55,934 bases of DNA from IMG/VR virus record IMGVR_UViG_3300045988_068817; one strand, written 5' to 3'. Positions within the stretch are counted from its first letter, which is position 1; each line of letters opens with the position of its first letter. The notes beneath the pieces were generated by a model. It worked only from the letters and a program-made list of their open reading frames with translations. It had not been told where the DNA came from and made no database searches. The stretch is from a virus. Of the stretch, positions 1 to 8,665 are shown one piece after another. Both the position numbers and the translations under genes were made by a program.

Positions 1-75
1 CCAAGCTGCGTGAACATCGTCACCTGTTCCATGAACGCCTTGTACTCTTTCGACTGGTGTTTTTCGTCAAGGAAA
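1..75. repeat. Terminal direct repeat copy A, identical to 55860..55934 (circular assembly overlap)
   Basis: All 75 bases match at the two window ends. The terL reading frame runs without interruption through the junction. Confidence 0.95.
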
Positions 76-2570
76 TAAAATCGTTTGATGTCCGGCGCAT
101 ACTGGATGATTCTTGACAGCTTGCTTTGACCACTGGGCGCACGCTGGCTACGGACAGAACAGTGATAGCCTTGCTGCCGGAGCTGGCTGTCCACCACATC
201 ACAGTATTCATCGCCGCCGTTGTTGGCTTCGCCACGCACTACGTTGATTTTATGCTGGATAATTTTGCCCACGACTTCCGGCCTAGTCACGGTCTTATCG
301 CCGTTATTGAACACAAGGTCAGGGATGAACACGGCATCGCCGTACACATAGGCGATAGGACAGGCGGTGAAATCTCCGCCGCCCCATGCAATATCCATGA
401 CCATTAGCTTGCGATCAGGCTCTCCATCAGGAAGAACGCCGTTGAAATACCGCAGTTCATCGGCAGGGAAAAGCAGACCTTCACGCACATAGGGCTTGCC
501 CATGTACTTCGCCCACCATGTTGCATCGTCAATGCTGGCTTTCATGTCGGCATAGTAGGCATCGTCAAAGCCCACGCCGTAGTCATAATTGAAGTTGCTG
601 TGTCCGTTCTCGTCCACCGCAGGGATGACCCGGAACCGATACTTCGGATTATCCGCATACTGGTTCTGGATGCGCCCCAGAGGGTCAAGCACGTTCCAGC
701 GTGTACCGACCATCAGTTCCAATGCGCCCTGCTTTTTACGGTCTTTCAGCTGGTTCAAGTAGGCATCGTACTTGTTGTTCAGGCGCTCAACGTTCAGGCT
801 CTCCTCCAAGTCCTCAATCAAGTCATCGCTGTACAGAACACCGCCCTCTCCAATTTCAACAGCACCAGTCAACGTGCCGCCAATGGAGCGGCAAGTAAGG
901 GTAGGAAAACGCTTTTTACGGTTCAGGTCAACGCTTTCGTCCTTTGCGCTCTTATCCACAAGCTGAACGTCCGGGAAGATTTTCCCCCAGTTATAGGTAA
1001 CGGGGTCAGTGATGATAGACAGCACTTCGCCGTAGAAGCCGTTTGTCAGCTTGTCAGAGTGCCCGCTCATAACTGATGCAACGTCAGGACGGTTGCCCAT
1101 CAGCCATGTGATGAAAAAGATGCACAGAGTACTGTTATGGGTTGGAATCAGCCGCTTCCCAGCGCAGTACACGCCACCCTCAACCTGAATGCAGTTGCCC
1201 TGCTTCGGCTCGATGCGTTCAAACCTGCAAAACGCCACACGGCGAGGTTTGGAGAACTCCTTTAGCTGCTTGCGAGGAACAACGCAGGGAATAGGGCAGG
1301 TAGGATTAAAAGAGATGGAATAGACTGTCAGATTGCCTTTAATGCCACTAGACGATACACGAGGTGGATATTCAACCACACTACATCTCCATCCAAAGGT
1401 AGAAACCAGCGTGACAAAATCATCTCTCATTTTCGGCTCTGTGGTAGAAAAAGCGTACCGATGCTCTTTTACCCGTAACGTACCGTCTGTATCGAGCAGA
1501 CCAGCAAGCAATTCCATACGCTGTGCAATGCTGGCTGTAAAGTATTCTTCTGGGATATGCTTCACGCAGCGGCGGTGACTATGGCACATATCGCCTTTTT
1601 GAAGTGCTTGTCGCAAACCAGAGAATCCGTAGTACTCAACACCGGTGTCCTTGTGAACCGTATGCCAACTAACCGGGTATCCATCGTTAATGACGCGCTC
1701 GACAATCACTCGATCACAAGGAGGTTCACAAATATCCGGGTGCTGATTGCGACCATCGCCAAGCCATGCGCCCAATGTGTACGGCTCAACAGGCAGTTTC
1801 TTATATTCTCCCTCGACAAAATTTTTGAACGGAACCTGATAGCAGAATCTTATACCGTCCTTTGTGTCGGCAACATAATCCTCCATCATCCGCTTAGTTT
1901 CGACAACATCAAATCCGTTCTTATGGCGGTTAAAGACCGGCCACTCGTGGTTTTCGTGGCAGTCAATGTATGTGCCGTCAGAGAAATGGCAACGCACATC
2001 AAGCTGGCACTTAGGCGAAACGGCCAGCACTTTTACAAACTGACCTTTCGGGCTGATAACTTCATCGCCGACCTGCAAATCGCCGTGATTCTTCCAGCCA
2101 CTTCTCGTTAAAATCGGCGTATCATCACTCAAAGCCTTGCCAACGCGAGCAGGTAAACTAACTCCCAAAAAGTCAATCCGCTTATAAAACAAATCCTCTA
2201 GGTCATCCGCCAGCACTTTCAAAACCCTGCGTCTAGGCTGATAGAACTTCTTCTCCGGCGCACGATTCCATTCAAGGTAGATGCAATAGCTGTCGAACAC
2301 ATCTTTTGCTTCAAACAGGTACGTTCGGCTGATAATGTCATAGACCTTCGCTACGTCCTCGCCTGTTTTCATCTTGCCCATCATGGCTGCACAGACAGAG
2401 CGCAGCTCGCCAGAGTATTTGTAGGCATCGAACCGCTTATCTTGCGGCAGGGCATCTCTCAGGTTCACCACCGCCTGAAACCAGTCCTCATAGACCTGTG
2501 CTTCGGTCGGATTCTGCTTCGCATACGCTTTGATGCTGTCAATGATGGCGATACACTGCTTTGGCTGCAT
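1..2570 (-). CDS. terL: Terminase large subunit precursor, first 2570 nt. The ORF exits at base 1 and continues at 55859..55760. Total 889 codons including a 334-codon intein.
   Basis: The minus-strand frame from ATG 2568-2570 has no stop down to base 1. It is missing from the ORF track because it runs off the window. Hand translation shows FYQPRRRV, a Walker A PARVGK/ST split by the intein, Walker B VLYSDDLIED, MVGTRW, and the nuclease half MVMDIAWGGGDF. Confidence 0.9.
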   Translation of the reverse strand, partial: MQPKQCIAIIDSIKAYAKQNPTEAQVYEDWFQAVVNLRDALPQDKRFDAYKYSGELRSVCAAMMGKMKTGEDVAKVYDIISRTYLFEAKDVFDSYCIYLEWNRAPEKKFYQPRRRVLKVLADDLEDLFYKRIDFLGVSLPARVGKALSDDTPILTRSGWKNHGDLQVGDEVISPKGQFVKVLAVSPKCQLDVRCHFSDGTYIDCHENHEWPVFNRHKNGFDVVETKRMMEDYVADTKDGIRFCYQVPFKNFVEGEYKKLPVEPYTLGAWLGDGRNQHPDICEPPCDRVIVERVINDGYPVSWHTVHKDTGVEYYGFSGLRQALQKGDMCHSHRRCVKHIPEEYFTASIAQRMELLAGLLDTDGTLRVKEHRYAFSTTEPKMRDDFVTLVSTFGWRCSVVEYPPRVSSSGIKGNLTVYSISFNPTCPIPCVVPRKQLKEFSKPRRVAFCRFERIEPKQGNCIQVEGGVYCAGKRLIPTHNSTLCIFFITWLMGNRPDVASVMSGHSDKLTNGFYGEVLSIITDPVTYNWGKIFPDVQLVDKSAKDESVDLNRKKRFPTLTCRSIGGTLTGAVEIGEGGVLYSDDLIEDLEESLNVERLNNKYDAYLNQLKDRKKQGALELMVGTRWNVLDPLGRIQNQYADNPKYRFRVIPAVDENGHSNFNYDYGVGFDDAYYADMKASIDDATWWAKYMGKPYVREGLLFPADELRYFNGVLPDGEPDRKLMVMDIAWGGGDFTACPIAYVYGDAVFIPDLVFNNGDKTVTRPEVVGKIIQHKINVVRGEANNGGDEYCDVVDSQLRQQGYHCSVRSQRAPSGQSKLSRIIQYAPDIKRFYFLDEKHQSKEYKAFMEQVTMFTQL
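1134..2135 (-). mobile_element. Intein (334 codons) with a LAGLIDADG homing endonuclease domain, inserted in the TerL P-loop between GK and ST
   Basis: Block A-like ALSDDTPILTRSGW; block B IDCHENHEW; LAGLIDADG motifs PYTLGAWLGDG and MELLAGLLDTDG; block F/G GNCIQVEGGVYCAGKRLIPTHN followed by +1 Ser. Removing it restores PARVGKST. Confidence 0.85.
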
Positions 2571-2702
2571 AAAAAAATAGGCACCCCCTACCTGAAAATG
2601 TAAAGAGTGCCTACAACTGCACAAAAATCAAATATTCGGTTTTATAATGACACTTTAGAAAATTATTTGCTAAAATCCACCTTAATAAATGGGTCGCTCA
2701 GT

Positions 2703-2864
2703 TTATTTGACTTCTTCCGCAAGCTGGTTTAGCCTGCGCTTCAATTCATCTGCGTCATAATACAAGGCGTCTGCGACAGCGTTAAGAATATCAGGCTTGT
2801 CGGTGTAATCGCACAACGTTTCAATGAGCTTCAAGCTCTGATCTGACAATTTTGCGGTTTTCAT
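2703..2864 (-). CDS. Hypothetical protein, 53 aa
   Basis: ATG preceded by AAAGGGGA. Below the ORF-track size cutoff. Translates as MKTAKLSDQSLKLIETLCDY... Confidence 0.5.
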   Translation of the reverse strand: MKTAKLSDQSLKLIETLCDYTDKPDILNAVADALYYDADELKRRLNQLAEEVK

Positions 2865-2911
2865 GCTATTTCCCCTTTCTAATTTGGTTTTATTCTAGGT
2901 TGCGAACAATG

Positions 2912-3259
2912 TCAGCTGAAAACGCCAGCTAGTACAATGCTAATCAGCCCTGCAACAACGCTGGTCAGAACGCCGCAAACAAATCCTATCCCACGTTCTT
3001 TCCACTGTTCAATCTTTTCCAACTTATGAATTTTCTTATAGTTCCTTGCACGTTCCAACAGCCAAAACGCTGTATGCTGCGTTTCGCCCCAGCGTATCAA
3101 TCCATCGTTGGCAAGAGATTCAAGAACGAACTGTGCCGTGAAGTCTAGCTTATCTTGCAGGACTTTTACGGAATAGAATCCATTCGGAAGGTCTGGCTCA
3201 TAGGTGTTCAGCGTGTCAATCAAATGCTTCATGTTATCGCTGAGTATCACAGAACGCAC
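2912..3259 (-). CDS. Hypothetical C-terminally membrane-anchored protein (start uncertain: GTG 3259 or ATG 3229)
   Basis: ORF track entry. Has a C-terminal hydrophobic helix GFVCGVLTSVVAGLISIVLAGVF. Confidence 0.6.
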   Translation of the reverse strand: MRSVILSDNMKHLIDTLNTYEPDLPNGFYSVKVLQDKLDFTAQFVLESLANDGLIRWGETQHTAFWLLERARNYKKIHKLEKIEQWKERGIGFVCGVLTSVVAGLISIVLAGVFS

Positions 3260-3354
3260 CTCGCAACCACAACTACAATGAAGAACCCGGTAAGCAATCC
3301 AACGACTGCCCCCGCAAGCCAGTCATACGAGTTTCTGTTGTTCCACTTATCCAT
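3247..3354 (-). CDS. Small single-pass membrane protein, 35 aa
   Basis: GAAAGGAG lies 9 nt upstream of the ATG. Translates as MDKWNNRNSYDWLAGAVVGLLTGFFIVVVVARCVL. Confidence 0.45.
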   Translation of the reverse strand: MDKWNNRNSYDWLAGAVVGLLTGFFIVVVVARCVL

Positions 3355-3369
3355 AGGCTCTTACTCCTT

Positions 3370-3468
3370 TCACCTGTTCTGTTCAGCAATCCGATACCAT
3401 GTCTGGCGGGTCACGCCAAGCTGCTTGGCAGCGTCATTCTTTATATAATGTCGGCTCACGTTTGCCAT
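3370..3468 (-). CDS. 32-aa stand-alone HTH, or a remnant of a recombinase C-terminal HTH
   Basis: MANVSRHYIKNDAAKQLGVTRQTWYRIAEQNR. It shares the DNA string GCCAAGCTGCTTG with the 3' HTH region of the serine recombinase gene. Confidence 0.3.
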   Translation of the reverse strand: MANVSRHYIKNDAAKQLGVTRQTWYRIAEQNR

Positions 3469-3778
3469 TACAACCAACTTTCATAATGTAATCAAGATAT
3501 TGTTTTACCATCGTGCTATCTTCGCAAATGCTGGCATACATAGCCAACTGGATATTCTGCCCTAAGTTTGATTCAGTTGGTTTAATGGTCAATCCTTCAT
3601 TTTCAAAAATCAGAATGGAATTTGCTAATTTGCATCCTTCAACAAAAGCAAACAATTCTTCGTATTTCACAAAATCAAAAATTGAACGTAGCTTTGTCGT
3701 TCCATCTTGAACAATCAAATTACCGCCATGAATATTTTCTAGTTTTTCAGTTAAATCCATCTTTTGTTTCTTACTCAT
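3434..3778 (-). CDS. Hypothetical protein, 114 aa
   Basis: Internal ATG (MSKKQKMDLTEK...) of track ORF 3434..3940. The upstream part of that ORF overlaps the recombinase gene. Confidence 0.6.
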   Translation of the reverse strand: MSKKQKMDLTEKLENIHGGNLIVQDGTTKLRSIFDFVKYEELFAFVEGCKLANSILIFENEGLTIKPTESNLGQNIQLAMYASICEDSTMVKQYLDYIMKVGCNGKREPTLYKE

Positions 3779-3854
3779 ATTGATGTTCCTCCAAAAGAAT
3801 GGTATACTGTTGTTACACCATTCTTTTTCCTGTTTTGATGAAGTTGGTGTACTC

Positions 3855-4511
3855 TTAGCGGTGGCTTGTGGTTGGGCTACCGCTATTTTTATTTGCGTAT
3901 CTTTCGACACGCTCATACCAAGTGGATTTCCCGATGCCAAGCTGCTTGCAGCACTCTTTTACGGTAATTTTGCCTTTTTGCTGTTGCTCTAATAGGCTTT
4001 CAAATTGCTGCTCGTCAACTTGCTTTTCCTGTCTGCCGAAGCTACGGCCTGTTCTGGCCGACACTCTCTTGCCATCAACAATAGGCATGGCAGCTATGCC
4101 CTCCGCCTGACGTTGCTTGGTTTTCTTGCGTTCCTGTTCAGCTACTGCGCCCAAAACTTCAATAAGGATGTTGTTCACCATTTCCAGCACCCATGTCTGG
4201 TCTTGGAAGTCAATCAGCGTAGTTGGAATGTCAAGGATGCGAACAATCACGCCTTTTTCTTTGAACCACTGAAGTTCTCGCTTCATCTCATCTTTGTCAC
4301 GCCCGAATCGGTCAAATTCCTTAACAATGACCTCATCCCCAGCCTTGACAGTCTCTTTCAATCGTTTATATTGCGGGCGATCAAAGCTGCTGCCTGTCAT
4401 TTTATCACAAAATACATTCTCGTCTGGGATGTCGAACCGGTCTCGTGCGATTTTAAGCTGTCTTGCAAGGCTTTGCTCCTTACTAGACACTCTAGCTAAG
4501 AAGTACTGCAT
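3855..4511 (-). CDS. Small serine recombinase (resolvase/invertase family) with a C-terminal HTH
   Basis: N-terminal YFLARVSSKEQS catalytic-Ser motif, a DRFGRD segment, and the C-terminal HTH ITVKECCKQLGIGKSTWYERV. Confidence 0.85.
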   Translation of the reverse strand: MQYFLARVSSKEQSLARQLKIARDRFDIPDENVFCDKMTGSSFDRPQYKRLKETVKAGDEVIVKEFDRFGRDKDEMKRELQWFKEKGVIVRILDIPTTLIDFQDQTWVLEMVNNILIEVLGAVAEQERKKTKQRQAEGIAAMPIVDGKRVSARTGRSFGRQEKQVDEQQFESLLEQQQKGKITVKECCKQLGIGKSTWYERVERYANKNSGSPTTSHR

Positions 4512-4534
4512 ATCATACCTCCGCCCAATTCGTT

Positions 4535-4756
4535 TTACTCAACATCATATCCGCCATCAACTTTAGTTCCTCTAGGAACCACCATAATTTTATAATCAAG
4601 GATTCTCAGCATTTCGTCTAAAACTTTCACACTCATGTTTTTTTGAACAAGCCGATTGCAAAAAACATTCGATTTGATTTTTAGTTTGTAGCACATATCC
4701 GAAACCTTGACATTTTGAGATTTCATGATTTCAGAAACAATTTCTCCTGCCCTCAT
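4535..4756 (-). CDS. XRE/Cro-like HTH protein, 73 aa
   Basis: ORF track entry with an HTH-like segment (VKVSDMCYKLKIKSNVFCNRLVQKN). Sits directly upstream of the recombinase. Confidence 0.6.
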   Translation of the reverse strand: MRAGEIVSEIMKSQNVKVSDMCYKLKIKSNVFCNRLVQKNMSVKVLDEMLRILDYKIMVVPRGTKVDGGYDVE

Positions 4757-5014
4757 TTTGCATCTTCCTTTCTCTGAATCAATTATAACTCAGATATATG
4801 TGACTGTCAAGAGTAAAAAAATAAATGTTTACTGTCAATAGGGTCACTTTTCCCTCAACACTTTTTTGTGTTAGTTTACAGCTTGTATAATTATCGTATT
4901 ATCAAGTTTTACTATAAATTTCCGTCCCAATTCTAACACATTAAAGTGTCAAAACCGCTATCAAAAATGTACACTAAAACGTGTTTTAACGTACAAATTA
5001 TACAAATTGGGCTG

Positions 5015-5043
5015 TTGACAACTATATACCAAGCGTCTATAAT
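5015..5043 (+). promoter_or_regulatory. Sigma-70-type promoter (TTGACA, 17-nt spacer, TATAAT)
   Basis: Exact consensus hexamers at 5015-5020 and 5038-5043. Confidence 0.7.
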
Positions 5044-5255
5044 CTAAGACAGCAGAACACACGATGAATCAGCCAACAATGGCAGATTTATCCTTTGTGG
5101 CATAAAAAATAGGCCGTCAGCCCCACCGACCAAAGTAGTACTGACGACCTATTCCACCACAAAACAGAAGCTGCGCAACCAAGGGCGCAGTCTCGGTTTC
5201 TGTCAATTATTATAGCAGAAGCAGACCGCTTCTGCAATAGAAAGGAGCAAAAAAC

Positions 5256-5414
5256 ATGAACTTTCCCACGACAACCGAAGAATTTCTGAAAACCATTGCC
5301 CATGGCAAAGAGCCGACCAGCGAGGACAGGGAGTACGCAGAAGCGCTGGGTAAACTGTCCGAACTGAACTACCGGGCAGGGTACGAAGCGGGATCGGCCA
5401 AAAATAAGGGCTAA
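5256..5414 (+). CDS. Hypothetical protein, 52 aa
   Basis: AAAGGAG lies 8 nt upstream of the ATG. Translates as MNFPTTTEEFLKTIAHGKEPTSEDREYAEALGKLSELNYRAGYEAGSAKNKG. Confidence 0.55.
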   Translation: MNFPTTTEEFLKTIAHGKEPTSEDREYAEALGKLSELNYRAGYEAGSAKNKG

Positions 5415-5446
5415 GTTTTGTGCAAATCTACAAACTTTTAGATTTT

Positions 5447-5462
5447 GTACAGATACCAGTAC
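5447..5462. promoter_or_regulatory. Operator-like palindrome GTACAG-ATAC-CAGTAC, one mismatch from the immunity operators
   Basis: Lies 21 bp upstream of the -35 of the promoter at 5483. Confidence 0.5.
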
Positions 5463-5482
5463 TACATTAAGCGTTTGCGTAA

Positions 5483-5511
5483 TTGACAAACCACAACATA
5501 TTGCGTATACT
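5483..5511 (+). promoter_or_regulatory. Sigma-70-type promoter (TTGACA, 17-nt spacer, TATACT) of the antirepressor operon
   Basis: Hexamers at 5483-5488 and 5506-5511. Confidence 0.65.
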
Positions 5512-5541
5512 GGTTGCACCCACATGAAGGGAGGTGAGTTT

Positions 5542-5715
5542 ATGTACAGTCCTTATCTCGAACGCCACAATCACACGTTCACGGTTGCGCTGACCGAACG
5601 GCAGTTCCAGTGGCTGAAAGCCTATTGCACTGAACACAAGGTCGCACAGGCCGCAGCCATCCGTGACACGTTCTTTGAGGTGCATCCTATCCCGGAGACC
5701 GATGAAAAAGAATAA
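5542..5715 (+). CDS. Small ribbon-helix-helix (Arc/CopG-like) regulator, 57 aa
   Basis: GGGAGGTG RBS. The segment FTVALTERQFQWLKAYCTEHKVAQAAAIRDTF fits a beta-alpha-alpha RHH pattern. Confidence 0.55.
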   Translation: MYSPYLERHNHTFTVALTERQFQWLKAYCTEHKVAQAAAIRDTFFEVHPIPETDEKE

Positions 5716-5838
5716 GACGCTCGCTAAAGTTTGGCGACAGCAGCGAACGTCTTATGAAACACTCAGAGAGCATAGGCCCTCTTTGGGTTATTATACCAGA
5801 GATGGCCTACTCTCGCAAGATAGAAAGGCTAAATTTCT

Positions 5839-6564
5839 ATGAATAATAATCTCGAAACCATCCGAATCTTCTCTGAAGATGTTATCCCCGTGTACGACAC
5901 CGACACCGGCGAAAAGGTTGTGCTGGGTCGGGAGCTGCACGAGCGGCTCAAAATCAAGTCTCGTTATAATGACTGGTTTGCAAATATGTCCGCTTATGGG
6001 TTCAAAGAAAACATCGACTATTCATCGTTTACTAAAAATCTAGTAAACGGCGGGCGCTCCATTGAGCACATTCTCAGCCTTGACATGGCAAAGCACATTG
6101 CAATGATTCAGCGGACACCGGAGGGCATGGAGATTCGACAAAAGCTGATCGACCTTGAGAAGAACGTGGCAGTCAACCAGTTTGCAGGGCTTTCCAAGGA
6201 ACTGCAAGCAATCCTCGTGATTGACCAGCGCACCATGAAGCAAGAGCAGCGCATTTCCGCTCTTGAGAACACCATGACCATCGACTACAACCAGCAGCGT
6301 GTGTTGAAGCGTGTTGTGAACACGGTGGTTATCAACGCTCTTGGCGGCATGGATAGCCCGGCTTACAAGAGCCGCAGCGTCTCTCAGAAGCTGTTCATGG
6401 AATGCAACCGGGACATTCAGGACTGGTTTAATGTGAACAGCAGAAACAACGTGCCGAAGAAGCGGTTCGATGAAGCTGTCGAGTACATCAAGAAGTGGAG
6501 ACCGTGCGCAAACTCTGTTATGTTGGTTCAGGTCACGAACGGACAAACCCAGATGCCCATGTGA
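5839..6564 (+). CDS. Phage antirepressor (AntA/ANT-like N-terminus, ORF6C-like C-terminus)
   Basis: VIPVYDTDTGEKVVLGRELHERLKIKSRYNDWFANM and HILSLDMAKHIAMIQRTPEGMEIRQKLIDLE are typical of ANT-family proteins. Confidence 0.7.
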   Translation: MNNNLETIRIFSEDVIPVYDTDTGEKVVLGRELHERLKIKSRYNDWFANMSAYGFKENIDYSSFTKNLVNGGRSIEHILSLDMAKHIAMIQRTPEGMEIRQKLIDLEKNVAVNQFAGLSKELQAILVIDQRTMKQEQRISALENTMTIDYNQQRVLKRVVNTVVINALGGMDSPAYKSRSVSQKLFMECNRDIQDWFNVNSRNNVPKKRFDEAVEYIKKWRPCANSVMLVQVTNGQTQMPM

Positions 6565-6577
6565 AAGGAGAACGGAT

Positions 6578-6853
6578 ATGATTAACGGCGATAAGTACGA
6601 AAACCTTGACGAATACATCAGCGACACTCTGGAAAACATGGAATGGCTTTGGAGAACGCCTGACGTTGGAGAAACCTACAATGGGCGAGTGATCGCTTGC
6701 AACGGCAAAGAGGTCGCGTGCGGCTATCTCGCCTACGAAGCGGACGAATACGGCGATTTGAGACCGTATTTGTGCGACAACGGCAAGATTGTCATGCGTG
6801 ACATTAACGATTGGATGCCGATGCCGAACGTGACCAGCGTGTTAAAGAAGTAA
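6578..6853 (+). CDS. Hypothetical protein, 91 aa
   Basis: AAAGGAG RBS followed by an internal ATG of track ORF 6470..6853. Confidence 0.55.
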   Translation: MINGDKYENLDEYISDTLENMEWLWRTPDVGETYNGRVIACNGKEVACGYLAYEADEYGDLRPYLCDNGKIVMRDINDWMPMPNVTSVLKK

Positions 6854-6865
6854 ACAACCCATAAG

Positions 6866-6906
6866 AAAAGCCAGTGGTTAGAGAGCATCTAGCCGCTGGC
6901 TTTTTG
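6866..6906. terminator. Bidirectional rho-independent terminator between convergent genes
   Basis: AAAAGCCAGTGG, a loop, then CCGCTGGCTTTTT. Confidence 0.7.
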
Positions 6907-6908
6907 CG

Positions 6909-7709
6909 TTATTTAGCAGGAGTTAAGATAACCTGTGAGTACATGGACAATTCAATATGATAGCCACTCTTAACAGTCAGGCTACCTTTCTCGTCAGCGC
7001 TCTTTAATTGAAGCGTTGCGCTTACATCATCGGAGTTAGAATCCGACACAACAAAAATCATAGATTCCTTCGCTTTGTTCTCGACTGTATAGTTTCCAGC
7101 AGGGATGATGTAACGAACATACTCATAGCCGCTTTTTGTGGTTGCTTCTTTTCCGTAATCGCCAAGTTCGCCATCTGTCAGCAGAATAGACCCATCGGGA
7201 ACATCGCCAGCGTCCGGTTTCAGGCTTTCGTTCTTATAGATGTAATTATCCGTCTCGCTGTTCTGAGTGTTCTTGATAGAATAGATTTCATCGCCAATTG
7301 TAGCAATCTGAATGTAATCTTTCATATCGACCTGAGCATTATAACGCTTACCAGCAGCCCAATCAGCCGTCTGTTCAAACCAGTTTATATCATCCAGTGT
7401 ATAGCCAAGACCAGTCGAATCCAGTGCGTCTGCAAGGTTCTTTGCAAAGGTTTCGTTCACTTCTTTATTCCGCTTCAAGAAAGACTTCATTGCTTTGCTT
7501 TCATCGGCTACGGACGAATCAGATACCGTAGCAGAGGACGAAACGGATTCAGAGGTTGCTTTGCTAGACGATGCCGTTGCGTCCTTGTAACCTTCCTCAA
7601 ATCCTTCCTTTACGCTGCTAGAACTACTGGTTGAACTTCCGAGATATGCAAGGAACACGAAGATAACCAGCAGAATGAACCACCAGCGTTTATAAATCGG
7701 CTTTTTCAT
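6909..7709 (-). CDS. Secreted or membrane-anchored protein of unknown function, 266 aa
   Basis: N-terminal hydrophobic helix WWFILLVIFVFLAYLG followed by a Ser-rich linker. Stand-alone gene with its own terminator. Confidence 0.7.
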   Translation of the reverse strand: MKKPIYKRWWFILLVIFVFLAYLGSSTSSSSSVKEGFEEGYKDATASSSKATSESVSSSATVSDSSVADESKAMKSFLKRNKEVNETFAKNLADALDSTGLGYTLDDINWFEQTADWAAGKRYNAQVDMKDYIQIATIGDEIYSIKNTQNSETDNYIYKNESLKPDAGDVPDGSILLTDGELGDYGKEATTKSGYEYVRYIIPAGNYTVENKAKESMIFVVSDSNSDDVSATLQLKSADEKGSLTVKSGYHIELSMYSQVILTPAK

Positions 7710-8146
7710 TTTACAGATTCCTCCCTTTCAAGGCTTGTAAGGCAAGTATAGCACAGAACATAGACCCTTTGTAGAGGTCTTTTTGTTTTTGCGGAAAATT
7801 TTTGAGATTGGCAATGGGGGGTAGGGTGTTTTTTTGAGCCTTTTTTATTTTTTCGGTGGTAAGACGACTGACCGGGCGGGGCTGGGTGGCGGCTGTATAC
7901 CCCGCCGGTGGAGACCCTAGCCCCCAGCGCACCCGGACAGACTGCACAGCACAGGCAGCAGGGCAGGCCGCGCCAGATGCAACGCAGACCGCGCAAGGCA
8001 AGACACACACGCCCGGACGATGGACACGCCGGGACGATCGAGACGGCGGCGGGACGCTGGAGGGTGTGCAGTGTGTCCGGCAAAGTGTACAATTTCGGAC
8101 GCTATATTTGTACTCATTTATATCTGTATTTTTTTGTGCAAAGCCC

Positions 8147-8174
8147 TTGACTACTCACATATAAATGATATAAT
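8147..8174 (+). promoter_or_regulatory. Promoter with an extended -10 (TTGACT, 16-nt spacer, TGATATAAT)
   Basis: Hexamers at 8147-8152 and 8169-8174, with TG at 8166-8167. Confidence 0.65.
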
Positions 8175-8235
8175 ATAGACAAGCTCAGAAATAAATGAGC
8201 ACAACCACACCACCACAAAACAGGAGGACAAAACC

Positions 8236-8661
8236 ATGAAAAAGACCATCGATTATACCGCACTTGCTGATACCATCCGCGCCGAACTCAACGCCCGCCA
8301 CGACCGCAGCGCATGGGACAAGGCCGTCACGCTGTACGCTCTCGACCTGCTGGAGGATGTGCAGAGCCACGCAAACGAGCGCAAGCGGCTTCCCGTTGAC
8401 GGCGCAGAACTAGAATTGTGGACACTCAATGGCGCGGACAACTGGCACCATTACAGCACGGGGGCTTGCTCCCTTGTGTGGTCTGGTGATATCGCCGCGC
8501 GTGTTTGTACTCCATCCATGTACAAACGCAAGCATGAGGGCGCAAGCGAACCGGGAAACGGGCAAACGTGGCTTGACGTACAGGCAGACGCGTTAAAGCA
8601 AGCCTGCTGGCGCATCCGCAAAATTTGCCGGTCAAACGGCCTGTATTATAAAGAGGTCTAA
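8236..8661 (+). CDS. Hypothetical protein, 141 aa
   Basis: AGGAGGA RBS. ORF track entry. Confidence 0.7.
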   Translation: MKKTIDYTALADTIRAELNARHDRSAWDKAVTLYALDLLEDVQSHANERKRLPVDGAELELWTLNGADNWHHYSTGACSLVWSGDIAARVCTPSMYKRKHEGASEPGNGQTWLDVQADALKQACWRIRKICRSNGLYYKEV

Positions 8662-8665
8662 TATT

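Noticed and set aside
1-2570. The absence of any long ORF in the supplied track over 2.5 kb suggested stop-codon reassignment or a non-coding region.
   Set aside because: Hand translation shows a single uninterrupted standard-code minus-strand frame (terL plus intein). It is missing from the track only because it has no stop inside the window. The plus-strand ORFs listed here (126..407, 600..1076, 1557..2111 and others) are antisense shadows.
2583-2625. A hairpin TAGGCAC...GTGCCTA followed by T7 immediately abuts the terL ATG on the minus strand. I considered it as a translational control element, since terL has only a distant AGGGGG as a possible RBS.
   Set aside because: It is equally well explained as the terminator of the upstream small-gene operon. 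There is no further evidence for a regulatory role.
7706-8164. ORFs 7706..8092, 7711..8010, 7856..8164, 7908..8150 and 7917..8117 in the left GC-rich island.
   Set aside because: The reasoning is the same as for the right island: overlapping frames, Cys/Arg/Pro-rich composition and no RBS.
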